From a bacterium (lineage in GTDB: Bacteria; Auribacterota; UBA3054), in the NCBI GenBank assembly GCA_017557885.1, contig JAFYXV010000008.1, forward strand, positions 66,843 to 130,842: a stretch of DNA of 64,000 nucleotides, written 5' to 3'. The notes under the pieces are model-generated. The model saw only the letters and a list, made by a program, of their open reading frames with translations. It searched no databases and was not told the origin of the DNA. A program made the position numbers and the translations under genes. Shown piece by piece: positions 1 through 9,600 of this stretch (positions within the stretch are counted from its first letter, which is position 1; every line of letters starts with the position of its first letter).

Positions 1-1041
1 AGTTTCACCAAAGCCTGCAACGAATGGCTCCAGACCCTCTCCGGCTCCCCCACCGTGCTTCTCACCCACTCCTGCACCGCGGCGCTGGAAATGTCCGCCC
101 TGCTTTGCGACATCAAGCCTGGCGACGAAGTCATCGTCCCCTCCTTCACCTTCGTGACCACCGTCAGTTCCTTCGTGATGCGGGGCGCCGTGCCGGTCTT
201 CGTGGAGATCAGGCCCGACACGCTCAACATGGACGAGAAGCAGATCGAAAAAAGCATCACTAAAAAGACCAAAGCCATCGTGCCCGTCCACTATGCCGGC
301 GTCGGCTGCAATATGAGCGCCATCATGAAGATCGCGAGAGCCCATGGCCTCAGGGTCGTAGAGGACAACGCCCAGGGCGTCATGTCAAAGTACAAAGGAA
401 AGCCCCTCGGCTCCTTCGGCGATCTGGCGGCGGTCTCCTTCCACGAGACGAAAAACATCATCTCCGGGGAAGGCGGCGCCATTTACATCAACGACCCAAG
501 CCTCAAGGAAAAAGCCGAGATCATCAGGGAGAAAGGCACCAACCGGGCCCGCTTCTTCCGCGGCCAGGTGGACAAATACACTTGGGAAGACCTGGGCTCC
601 TCATACCTTCCCAGCGAGATCATAGCCGCTTTCCTCTATGCGCAAATGGAGGAAGCCGAAAAAATAACCGCCACCAGGCTCAAGATCTGGCACAGATATC
701 ACGAAGCCTTCGCCGATCTGGAAAAGAAAGGCAAACTGCGCCGGCCCATCGTTCCCAAGGAATGCAAGCACAACGCCCATATGTATTACCTGCTGCTCAA
801 TTCCCTGAAGCAGCGCACCAAATTCATCGCCAAGATGCGGGAGAAAGAGATCGGCTGCGTGTTCCATTACCTTCCCCTGCACGATTCTCCGGCAGGGAGA
901 AAATTCGGACGTTTCGACCAAGATCTGCCCATAACAAAAAAAGTCAGCGACACGCTGGTCCGCCTTCCCCTGTGGGTCGGTTTGGAAAAGGACGGCGAGC
1001 AGGACTATGTCATCGAGAATGTCTTGAAAATACTGGGCTGA
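1..1041 (+). CDS. DegT/DnrJ/EryC1/StrS-family sugar aminotransferase (WecE/ArnB-like), 5' end truncated by window edge
   Basis: Frame is open from nt 1; translation ...LLTHSCTAALEMSALLCDIKPGDEVIVPSFTFVTT...VHYAGVGCNMSAIMKIARAHGLRVVEDNAQG matches the PLP-dependent DegT-family pattern; stop at 1039-1041. Confidence 0.8.
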   Translation, partial: SFTKACNEWLQTLSGSPTVLLTHSCTAALEMSALLCDIKPGDEVIVPSFTFVTTVSSFVMRGAVPVFVEIRPDTLNMDEKQIEKSITKKTKAIVPVHYAGVGCNMSAIMKIARAHGLRVVEDNAQGVMSKYKGKPLGSFGDLAAVSFHETKNIISGEGGAIYINDPSLKEKAEIIREKGTNRARFFRGQVDKYTWEDLGSSYLPSEIIAAFLYAQMEEAEKITATRLKIWHRYHEAFADLEKKGKLRRPIVPKECKHNAHMYYLLLNSLKQRTKFIAKMREKEIGCVFHYLPLHDSPAGRKFGRFDQDLPITKKVSDTLVRLPLWVGLEKDGEQDYVIENVLKILG

Positions 1042-1075
1042 ACGCAAAAAAGGAGCGAAACAAAAAAGCAAAATT

Positions 1076-1102
1076 GCCGCCTTTCCAAGGCGGCTTTTTT
1101 TT
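1076..1102 (+). terminator. Rho-independent terminator (GCCGCC-loop-GGCGGC followed by T8)
   Basis: Perfect 6-bp GC stem, 7-nt loop and T-run directly after the aminotransferase stop. Confidence 0.6.
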
Positions 1103-1296
1103 GCCGGATCTAATAAAACATTTCCCGCGCGAGCGATCCGCAGAACGTCAAAAACATATCTTATATATATTTTCCAATATTGACTTTTAAGATTATACTA
1201 TTTAATTTAAGTAGTTTATCATTTAGAGGCACACGCTATATTGTTTCTTAATTTAATTTTTGGTATTATGGAGCAAACAAAATTAAGGAGACAAAC

Positions 1297-2289
1297 ATGG
1301 GCAGAAAGAAACTTGAAAAGAGCAAGGCCAAGGATCCCGCGGCTCCCAAACGCAGATACGAGCGCCGCCAGAAGCAGTTCAAAGAACTTCCCTCTCCGGA
1401 GATCATTCCCATCAACCAGGAGATCATCAGCCTGACGTCCGACCCCGAGATGTATTTTCTCCCGATGGCCCAGGACGAGATCTTCCTCATCAATCCCTAC
1501 GCCTGCGGCGTCTCCAGCTGGCTGCCCAAAGCCAAGCTTCACCGCCGCAACTGCGCTTTCTTCTCCATGGAACTGGTTTTGGAAGGCGAAGGCGAATTGA
1601 CGGTGAACGGCAGCACCTATGCCCTGAAGCCCCACGACGTCTTTTTGCTGCATTTCAACGAAGAGCACACTTACCAGAACGTTGGCACGGGCCGTTGGAA
1701 AAAAGTTTGGATCGCTTTCCGTCACAGCCTTATGACTCCCGGCCTCACTCAGCTGGGCTTGGACATGATCTCAAAGATCACATTAAAGGACCAGGACTTC
1801 GAGCAGATCCGGCGCCTTTTCTTCGACGTTCTGGACGAAGTCAGGGACCGCGGCCGGGACTTCAGGATCGAGTCCTCCGCCACCTGCTACAAGATCTTCC
1901 ATCTCCTGGCCCGCTACGCCAAGGCCATCAGCTCCCAGAGGACCAACGTCGTCCCCGCCCAGATCCAGGCCGTGGTCTCCTATGTCGAGAAACACCTGAG
2001 GGAGCCCATTTCCATGGAAGACCTGGCCAACGTGGCCGGCTGCTGCCGCGTGCATCTCACCAGGCTCTTCAAAAAGCACATGGGCATCCACACCAGGGAC
2101 TGGCTCATCCAGCTTAGGATGCGCCATGCCTGCATGATGCTGAAGACCACCAACCTTCCGGTGCACATCATTGCCGAGGAAGTGGGATTCGACGATCCCT
2201 ACCACTTCAGCACGGCTTTCCGCCGCACTGTGGGACAGCCTCCCACCAAGTTCCGCAAGCAGTCCAAGGGAAGCGGGGACCAGGAATAA
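1297..2289 (+). CDS. AraC-family transcriptional regulator (cupin-type sensor + C-terminal AraC HTH)
   Basis: ATG preceded by AAGGAG; C-terminal region EDLANVAGCCRVHLTRLFKKHMG...DWLIQLRMRHACMMLKTTNLPVHIIAEEVGFDDPYHFSTAFRRTVGQPPTKFR is an AraC HTH; lysine-rich N-terminal extension. Confidence 0.8.
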   Translation: MGRKKLEKSKAKDPAAPKRRYERRQKQFKELPSPEIIPINQEIISLTSDPEMYFLPMAQDEIFLINPYACGVSSWLPKAKLHRRNCAFFSMELVLEGEGELTVNGSTYALKPHDVFLLHFNEEHTYQNVGTGRWKKVWIAFRHSLMTPGLTQLGLDMISKITLKDQDFEQIRRLFFDVLDEVRDRGRDFRIESSATCYKIFHLLARYAKAISSQRTNVVPAQIQAVVSYVEKHLREPISMEDLANVAGCCRVHLTRLFKKHMGIHTRDWLIQLRMRHACMMLKTTNLPVHIIAEEVGFDDPYHFSTAFRRTVGQPPTKFRKQSKGSGDQE

Positions 2290-2365
2290 ATCCGGTCTCT
2301 TTCCCTTCGCTCCCCTTGACTTTAAAAGCGAATTCGGATAGAATTAGTCCTCGTAAAAATTGAGT

Positions 2366-2440
2366 GCCGCAGTAGCTCAATGGCAGAGTACCTGGCTGTT
2401 AACCAGGGTGTTGTTGGTTCGAGTCCATCCTGCGGCGCCA
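2366..2440 (+). tRNA. tRNA-Asn (anticodon GTT)
   Basis: Acceptor stem GCCGCAG/CTGCGGC, anticodon loop CTGTTAA, T-loop TTCGAGT, encoded CCA; 75 nt. Confidence 0.85.
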
Positions 2441-2452
2441 TTTTTACGAAAG

Positions 2453-2483
2453 AGACCGGCCTTCCCAGGCTGGTCTTTTTTTA
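2453..2483 (+). terminator. Rho-independent terminator after tRNA-Asn
   Basis: AGACCGGCC-ttccca-GGCTGGTCT hairpin followed by T7. Confidence 0.6.
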
Positions 2484-2591
2484 TTTCCTGCCGGCCGCCT
2501 TTTCAAGGGCAGCATGTTCTTCGGAAACATTTTTATTTTCCCTCAAAACTGCTAAAATTAGTCAATATAAAAATAAAAAGGCGTGAAGAGC

Positions 2592-5489
2592 ATGAAGAAA
2601 CTTTTGACATTCCTGGCGCTGGCGCTAATTTCCCTGGCCGCGCAAGCCGAGACCGCAAAATTCACCTTTGAGGACAACTCCGGAAACATAGACGATCAGG
2701 ACGGCTGGACCGCCGCCGGAAACGCCGCGGTCGCAACCGACCTTAGCGTTTCCGTGACGAACGAGATCAAAGTAAGCGCCTGGCACGCATACGGCGACAA
2801 AGCCCTGGAGCTTGAAGGCGCCGCGACTATTTCGCGCCAAATTTCGTTCAGGGACGACTTAGAGCAAAGGATCGCTTTTGATTTTTACGCGACCTATCCG
2901 GAGGAAGACGCCAACAGATCCTTGGTCCTGAAGCTTGGCGGCGTTCCTCTCCTCAAGCTGGAGGCGGTCGATACCAACGTCATCTCCGCGGAAATTTTCG
3001 GCGGCTTTTTCGGCAATGATCCAGCCTGGCAGCCTGCCGAGGGCGTGCAGACGCTCTACCACCGCAAATGGCAGCACCTTGAGCTTCTGATTGATAAAGA
3101 TCATCTCCTTAAGCTGAAAGCCCCCAACAAGGACGCGGAGATGGCCGGTTTCGCTTTGAAAAGCCCGCTCTCAGCCGGCGAAACGACGCTTTCGATTGAA
3201 AGCGATTTTGAAAAGATCTATCTTGACAATCTGAGATTCACAGAAGAACCTGTCGCCCACAAGACTCTTCTTGAAAAAAATCCCAACGTTTCCCTGGGGC
3301 TCGGCGAAAGCTACGAGTGTTCTTTCGGAAGGGACTGCTCCTTGGGCGGCATGGAATTCAAATGCGCGCTCACGATCCCCCAGAATTGTCTTGGCTTCAT
3401 GAGCCTGAACGAACACACCCTGCCATTGGGCACCTTTTTGTCGCCCGGCGACAACGAGATCATAATCGGCGTTTTGAAAAACGGCCGCCTGATGAAGGCG
3501 ACCGTCAACGGAGAAGAGTTGGATTATGATCTCTCCTTTGACCTGCCTGAAACTATTAGCCTCAAGATCAGCAACCTTTCTCCGACTGCCGACATAAAAG
3601 TCAAAGGAGTCTTCGCCCAGAACAGCCTGCCTATTCTTTACAGCGAAGTCGCCTCCATCGATCTGTTGATGGTGGCCTATACCGGCGGCGGAAACAACAC
3701 TCCTCCCCAAAACTACACCAACATGTACTATCCGAAGGTCCAGGATTTTTATTACCGCAATTCCAACGCCCAGCTCCTTCTGAAGTACGATCCCGTTTAC
3801 CGCCACATCGTTCCCCCGGCGGAAACTTTCTTCCGCAATTATGAGAACGAATTCGGCGAGCAGGAATTAGGCGGCTACATCATGGCCAGGGATCTCAGGA
3901 AAACGCTGGGCATCTGGGATCAGGAATACGATATTTTCGTCTTCACCTGCGGCAACGGCTGGAACAGCTGGGGCGGCAACTGGGGTGGCGGCAGCTGGGG
4001 ATATACCGGCATGGGCAAGGTCATGTGCTCCCAAGTTGGCAACTACGGCGGCAGCGGCACGGGCTTCGTCACGGTCCACGAGGTCATGCACTCGGTGGAC
4101 CAGATGTACTCCTACAGCGGATACCATGAGTACTCAAGCTCGCACCCGGACGGCTGCAGCTACGGCTGGGCCGGCGGAGGCGACACCTGGTCCTGGTGCG
4201 GCACAGCCATGCGTCCCTTCACGAATTATTTCAAATTAAGGACTCCCTGGAAAAACACCTACGTTTACCGTGACAGCGACCGCGACGGCCTGGCCGACAA
4301 CGACTCCGTGCTGCCCATAGACGAAGTGAGGATGAGTTCCGACCAGACCGAGACCGACACCGACAAGGACGGACTTGACGATCTTCAGGAATACCTGGTC
4401 GGGCTTTATTATCCCAGCGACGCCAACGATCCCGACACTGACAAAGACGGGCTGAAGGACGGCGACGACCCCTACCCCATCATCGCTTACAACAAGAGCA
4501 TTCCCAGGCTCCTGAAAGAGCCCAGCATTAACGGTATCTTGGAAGACGACGACTGGACTTACTGGGGCTCCGGCACAGGCGACAGTGAGGATCCTGAATT
4601 CCAGGTCACAGCTTACGCCGGCTGGCGGGACGACGCCGTGTATTTCGCCTTCAAGACCAACAAGAAAAGTTCCTTCACGATCGAAATAGACGGCTCCGCC
4701 TGGTCAGGCCCCTGGCACGGCGGCGACTATTTCAAATTCAAAGCCCACAACCAGTATTACAACAGAATATACGCCGCTTCCAATGACGACAACAGCGTTC
4801 AGGACTGGACCTGCGGCAACGTTCCCGCCGGTTCCCGCTGCATCAAAAAGGACAATGAGCTGGGCGGCTTCAACGTTGAAGTGAAGATCCCCTGCAACCT
4901 GAGATCCATAAGAGGCTACACTTGCTGGCCCGGCGAAGAGGTCACCAACTGTTTCAAATGCGTCTCCGGAGGACAGCTGGGATTATTGGTAAGCTACGAG
5001 GGCATAGGCCTAGACAGAGTCGATATCAACGACTACCATCCCAGCCCCTGGGCCTCCTCCTTTGAAAGGATGGACTGGCATGTCTTCGACCTCGTGGAAG
5101 CCGACGAATCCTTCGCGCTCCTTTCCGCCAAACCCCAGAATGCTGAGCTTCACCTGGGCGAATCGGAACCCATCGATCTCAAGTACGTGAACTACGGCCA
5201 AGCCGGCAACGCTGAAGTAACCATAGAAGCTCCCGACTATTCCTCCTCCGCTTCCGTATACCTTGCGGGCGGCGGCGAGACCACCGAGAGCACGGTTAGC
5301 ATAGATATCCCCGCAAACGAGGAAGCCGCCGGCACGACCGACTTCAACGTCATAACGAAACTGAACGGTTCAGCCGTGACCAACACCTTCACCTGGAACG
5401 TGGTTCCGGAGCCCGCCGCCGCGGCGCTCCTGCTTCTCGGCCTTGCTCTTTTCAGAAGGAAAGCCGATGATCGCCGTCCGCTCCTTTGA
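2592..5489 (+). CDS. PEP-CTERM-anchored secreted protein with HExxH zinc-metallopeptidase motif and thrombospondin-type-3-like calcium-binding repeats
   Basis: Signal peptide MKKLLTFLALALISLAAQA (ATG 2592; longest-ORF GTG at 2583); HEVMHSVDQMYSYSGYHEY; DxDxDG repeats (DSDRDGLADND, DTDKDGLDD, DTDKDGLKDGDD); C-terminal VPEPAAAALLLLGLALFRRK = PEP-CTERM sorting signal. Confidence 0.7.
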   Translation: MKKLLTFLALALISLAAQAETAKFTFEDNSGNIDDQDGWTAAGNAAVATDLSVSVTNEIKVSAWHAYGDKALELEGAATISRQISFRDDLEQRIAFDFYATYPEEDANRSLVLKLGGVPLLKLEAVDTNVISAEIFGGFFGNDPAWQPAEGVQTLYHRKWQHLELLIDKDHLLKLKAPNKDAEMAGFALKSPLSAGETTLSIESDFEKIYLDNLRFTEEPVAHKTLLEKNPNVSLGLGESYECSFGRDCSLGGMEFKCALTIPQNCLGFMSLNEHTLPLGTFLSPGDNEIIIGVLKNGRLMKATVNGEELDYDLSFDLPETISLKISNLSPTADIKVKGVFAQNSLPILYSEVASIDLLMVAYTGGGNNTPPQNYTNMYYPKVQDFYYRNSNAQLLLKYDPVYRHIVPPAETFFRNYENEFGEQELGGYIMARDLRKTLGIWDQEYDIFVFTCGNGWNSWGGNWGGGSWGYTGMGKVMCSQVGNYGGSGTGFVTVHEVMHSVDQMYSYSGYHEYSSSHPDGCSYGWAGGGDTWSWCGTAMRPFTNYFKLRTPWKNTYVYRDSDRDGLADNDSVLPIDEVRMSSDQTETDTDKDGLDDLQEYLVGLYYPSDANDPDTDKDGLKDGDDPYPIIAYNKSIPRLLKEPSINGILEDDDWTYWGSGTGDSEDPEFQVTAYAGWRDDAVYFAFKTNKKSSFTIEIDGSAWSGPWHGGDYFKFKAHNQYYNRIYAASNDDNSVQDWTCGNVPAGSRCIKKDNELGGFNVEVKIPCNLRSIRGYTCWPGEEVTNCFKCVSGGQLGLLVSYEGIGLDRVDINDYHPSPWASSFERMDWHVFDLVEADESFALLSAKPQNAELHLGESEPIDLKYVNYGQAGNAEVTIEAPDYSSSASVYLAGGGETTESTVSIDIPANEEAAGTTDFNVITKLNGSAVTNTFTWNVVPEPAAAALLLLGLALFRRKADDRRPLL

Positions 5490-5517
5490 GAAGGAGGCGT
5501 AGTTCCTTTTCCCTTGC

Positions 5518-5559
5518 GACCGCCGCGCGCCTTTTCCAGGTGCGCGGCGGTCTGCTTTT
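5518..5559 (+). terminator. Putative intrinsic terminator for the PEP-CTERM gene
   Basis: Perfect 11-bp GC-rich stem GACCGCCGCGC / GCGCGGCGGTC with 13-nt loop followed by TGCTTTTCC, about 30 nt after the stop. Confidence 0.45.
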
Positions 5560-5715
5560 CCAATCGCTTCCGCGGCGTCAGCTCCGGCGCGATCAGGCCT
5601 TCTGTGCGGGTCGCTTCAGCCGGCGCACGATCGGCAGGCGTCCTTGCCAGCCCTTCGCGTTCAGCCAGGCTAAAATTCCTTCCGCAGTGTTTGAACAACG
5701 CCGCCCAAAGGAGAT

Positions 5716-5746
5716 AAAAAAAAGAGACCCGCTTTCGCGGGTCTCT
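5716..5746 (-). terminator. Rho-independent terminator for the 5771..6412 gene
   Basis: AGAGACCCGC-tttc-GCGGGTCTCT hairpin; on the minus strand it is followed by T8. Confidence 0.65.
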
Positions 5747-5770
5747 TCCACAAGAATGCTAATTAGCTTC

Positions 5771-6412
5771 TTATTCGGTCACAGGGTTGACCACGTTCAC
5801 GTTCTTGGCGGTGTAAACCAGGCCAGGAGCAACAACGATGGTGCCGCCAGCCTGTTTGGCCTTGAAGGCGACCTTCTTGGGGGTCGTGATGCCAGTGCCT
5901 TCGACTTCGCCGAACTGACCAGCCTGGATGCTCTTGAAGACGCCTTTGAAGGTGCCTTCGACCTTCGTGGTGGCCTTGACGGCCGTGCCCTTGGCGAAGT
6001 TACCAGCATCGACGCTGCCGGTGATGTTGGCGACCTGAGCGGACTTCAAGCCAGCGGCGACGACGGTGCCGACGGTGATGCCTTTCAGCTTAAGAGCGAC
6101 GCCGTTGAAGCCAGCTTCCACGCCGTTGATCGTGCCGGTGACTTTGCCGCCTTTCTGGGCGATGGCTTTACCAGCAGCAGCCTTGACAACGATGTTGCCG
6201 TTGGCGGTGGTGAACTGGACCTGGCCTTTGTCACCCAGCTGGGTGCCGAAGTCAACGATGGTGGCGCCGGTTTCATCGACGGTGACGACCGGGGTCACTT
6301 CGGGCTTGGAGAAGCCTTCCAGACCTTCGCAGAAGACCTGCGGGGTCTTGGCAGCGTAAGCGATAGCAGCGATGACGAGTAAAGAAGCAACGATGATTTT
6401 AGTAGCTTTCAT
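5771..6412 (-). CDS. Small secreted Gly/Thr/Val/Lys/Ala-rich repetitive protein of unknown function
   Basis: Start chosen at internal ATG (MKATKIIVASLLVIAAIAYA signal peptide) preceded by GGAGA; the longest ORF to 6601 adds an implausible non-hydrophobic N-terminus; mature part is degenerate short repeats (KGTAVKATTKVEGTFKG, KGGKVTGTINGVEAG, LKLKGITVGTVVAAG). Confidence 0.6.
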   Translation of the reverse strand: MKATKIIVASLLVIAAIAYAAKTPQVFCEGLEGFSKPEVTPVVTVDETGATIVDFGTQLGDKGQVQFTTANGNIVVKAAAGKAIAQKGGKVTGTINGVEAGFNGVALKLKGITVGTVVAAGLKSAQVANITGSVDAGNFAKGTAVKATTKVEGTFKGVFKSIQAGQFGEVEGTGITTPKKVAFKAKQAGGTIVVAPGLVYTAKNVNVVNPVTE

Positions 6413-6434
6413 TTTATGTCTCCATAAATGTGGT

Positions 6435-6465
6435 ATTTTAAACAATGTCTCCCAAACGGAATCAA
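6435..6465 (-). promoter_or_regulatory. Putative sigma70-like promoter of the small secreted repetitive gene
   Basis: Minus-strand TTGATT - 18/19 nt - TAAAAT about 25 nt upstream of the RBS/ATG. Confidence 0.3.
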
Positions 6466-6698
6466 CAAAATTGTGACTCCCCTCCGGTGGGACGTTTCCT
6501 CGCCCGAAACTTTTCGGACTAAAAATAAAGGCTCGTTTCCCTGTATCGAAGGCCTTAACGCTCGAAGCTGTTATCCGGCCTTTCCCTCTACATTGTTTCA
6601 ATTATCGTAAGGAATTATAACAGAATGCCTGCCGGAAATCAAGTCCTTCTCCGGCCGGCGGGCTGGCGTTCCTGCAAAAACCGCTGCTTTCAGCCGTT

Positions 6699-9600
6699 TT
6701 ACATAACCTCGTTCAGCTCGTTCTCCCGAACGTGCTGGCGTTCCTTCTCCTCCAGGAGCAGCGCCGCCCCGTCCTTTTTCCGGCGTATCGCCCAGTTCAG
6801 GGGATCGCGTTTCCAATTTTCGGAATATTCTCCGTCTATCCTGCGGAAAGAAACGTCCGTGAACTCCACCGCTCCGGGGGAGGCGACGTTCTCGCTTTCC
6901 AGGCAGAAGAAAGAAATATTTTCTGAGCTGTTGGTTATGATCAGGTGCTCCTGGGTCCATTGGCCGCAGAGAGTCCGCCATTTCTTCACTTGGGAATCCG
7001 TATCGCCTCTTTGCCTGAACCGCATGGAAACTTCCGTGGGCGCTTCCCTGCCCTCCGGGATCCTGGCGTAGGCGGAGGCGGCGTAAACGCCGGGCGGCAG
7101 CATCATCCTGACCGAGGCGCCGGCCTTGCCGCCGGGTTCGCCCTGCTCGGAGAGTTTGAAGCCGGGTGTCAAAAGGAAGGTGGCGGGAAGCTTCTCTTCC
7201 TTTTCGGATTCCGCCCGCCATTCTCCCAGCCCTTTGATGAAGTAGCCGTTCATCAGCTGCTCGGCTCCCTCGAAAACTATAACGGCATGCCTGGGCAAAG
7301 AGTTGGTTATGATGCCGCCCATTTCCTTTTGTGCGCTTTCGGAAGCGGGCAGGTCGCCCCTGGCGTCCATCGATTTCTTAAAGGTATCCCACTCTTTGAC
7401 GAAGATCGCGTTTTCCGGACGATTGAGATAGATCTTGTCGAAGGTCTCGGTAAAAGCGCGGAAGTTCTCGTCCGCGAAACCGTAATTCGCTTTGAATTGG
7501 CTTGGGGCTATGAAGGGGATCAGGCCGCCGGCTTTGTAATAGACGTCGAAGAGGAGCCAGGGATCCGGCGTTTCGTTCTTGAGCATTTCAAAATAAGCCC
7601 TGGCCCCCTGGCGGTTTCCGGTCTTGACGCAGAAGAAAAACCGGCCTATGCAGTTGCGGCTTTTTTTCAGTTCGTCTTCCGAAGCGCCTTCCAATCCTTT
7701 TACGATCCATTTGCGATAGGCTTTCCGGATGCTTATTACCGAATAGTCGTCCTGGGAGAGAGGCGGCAGATAAAGCAGCTGCGGGCTTATTTCATAGAGG
7801 GCATCCTCGCTCCAGGCGGAGCGCACGCATTCCGCCAGAGCCAGCGTCATGGCCGCCAGCTGCTGGGGGGAGTGGACTTTCTCCACGGATCTCAAAAGCG
7901 CCGTGGTGTCGTTGACAGCCATGACCGAGCAAATGTCGCTTATGGAGTTGAAATCCGGCCTGCCTATGGTGGAAATGAACCACCAGGCGTAGCCTGTCTC
8001 GCCCAGGAATCTCTCGTCGGCGGAAAGGTAATCGTTGTTTTCCAAAAACACCCATTTGCGGGAAAGTTTCCTTCTCTGCTCATAGCGCAGCACGTCGTAG
8101 AGAGAGGACAATCCCAGGCTTCCCTCTTCGCTTTTTCCCATGCCGGGAAGAACTATGAAGTCTCCCGAACGGAACCCGTTCTCCTGGCTGTCCAGGACCT
8201 GGCAGACTTTTTCCATGACGTCCGAAAGATCGCTGCCCTCCAGCTCGTAGGAGGAACGCCTGTAGCCGAAGAGGAAGGCGACCAAGGGCAGCACGATGAG
8301 CATCGCCGCCAGCGGGCGCAGGCGCGGATTGCCCAGGAAGCGGCTGAGAAGTCTGGCGCAGAGCGTCGCGAAACGGCCGATGAGGATCCCTCCCTGCCCT
8401 ATCGCCGCGGCCAGGAAGACCGTGGAAGCATAGCCTGCGGTCCCGGGATTCAGCTCGCTGACCCGCAGGTAGAAATAGAATAAAACGGTGCTGAGGATGC
8501 CGTAGAGCCCGCAGCGTTTAAGGTCCGTCAGCCACATTAGGAGAATGCCCAGAACGACCGACAGGCCGCAGAGAAATTCCGTGTTGTTGAGCCAGTGGGT
8601 AACCAGGAAAGGATTGGGCGAGGAGGCGATCCAGAAGTTTCCGTTGACTTCAAATTTGGTCGGGTCAAGAGTGCCGCAGAAGAAATAGATCGACGCGATG
8701 GGCAGCAAAAGCGGCAGAAGCCTTGAAACAACAAGGACGGCGAAACTCGCGAAGCTCTTCTGCCTGGCGTTCCAAATTATTCCTATGATCTGCGTCAAAA
8801 AGATCAGGATAAGGCACAGGAACGCAAAGGACGGCATGGCCCCCGGGAAGCCCGCCAGAAGGGAGATCAGAAGGCAGCGGAAAAGATAATACTTGTAGCC
8901 GCTCTGGTAGCTCTTCAGCGAGGCGCAGTAAGAGGTCAGTATCAAAAGCAGCAAAGTCATCTGCAGAACGAAAAGCCCGCCATCCAGCTGGAGTATATTT
9001 CTCCCGGCCAGGAAGAAGACAAGGCCAATGGTCACCGCGGTGGAGGCGGTCAGGATGCCGACCAATCCCTGGATCAGCGCCAAAACGATCAGGCAGCAGG
9101 CGGAGACCACAAGGGACATAAGGGAGTACTGGGCCGGCGTCACCAGAAGCGCGTAGTTCAGCTTCGCGCAGATCCTGGCGTAGGCTATCTGAAGCGTGGT
9201 GAAAGCGGCGCCGCTGCGGTCCGCGGCTTCGCTCATAAAGACGTCACGGATATTCTCAAACATGTGGGCCTGACGGAACACATGCCCCTGGTCCATGGAG
9301 AAATTGCGGTAAACGTCCTGGGAAACTCTCCAAAGGCAAAAGACTGCCGCCGCTATCACCAGCGCGCCGATCAGCTTCGCGCCGATCTTTACGTAGAGGT
9401 CGTTGCCGCCTCTTAAAAAGCCCTGGCTGAAAACGCCGCGGCTTTCGCTCTTCCTGGGCAGCGAAGAAACGTAGGCGTCCTCCCGGTCGTTGTAGTAAGC
9501 GTCGCCTTCGTTTTTCTTTTGGAAAACGGAGGCAGCCCAATCGGCAAGATCCATTATCCTGAAAAAGGCGAGGAAGGCAAAAAACTTGTCGGAAAGCGAA

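Noticed and set aside
2360-2671. Two short + strand ORFs (103 and 68 aa)
   Set aside because: They overlap the tRNA-Asn gene and its terminator; translation is composition-driven.
5486-6382. 298-aa + strand ORF
   Set aside because: Antisense to the 5771..6412 gene; Arg/Gly/Asp-rich; no RBS.
6413-6601. 63-codon upstream extension of the small secreted protein ORF
   Set aside because: The extension is basic and non-hydrophobic and precedes a canonical signal peptide with its own RBS.
6945-8483. 512-aa + strand ORF
   Set aside because: Lies entirely antisense to the 1189-aa GtrA-fusion gene; Pro/Gly/Arg-rich translation typical of antisense frames in high-GC DNA; no RBS or domain.
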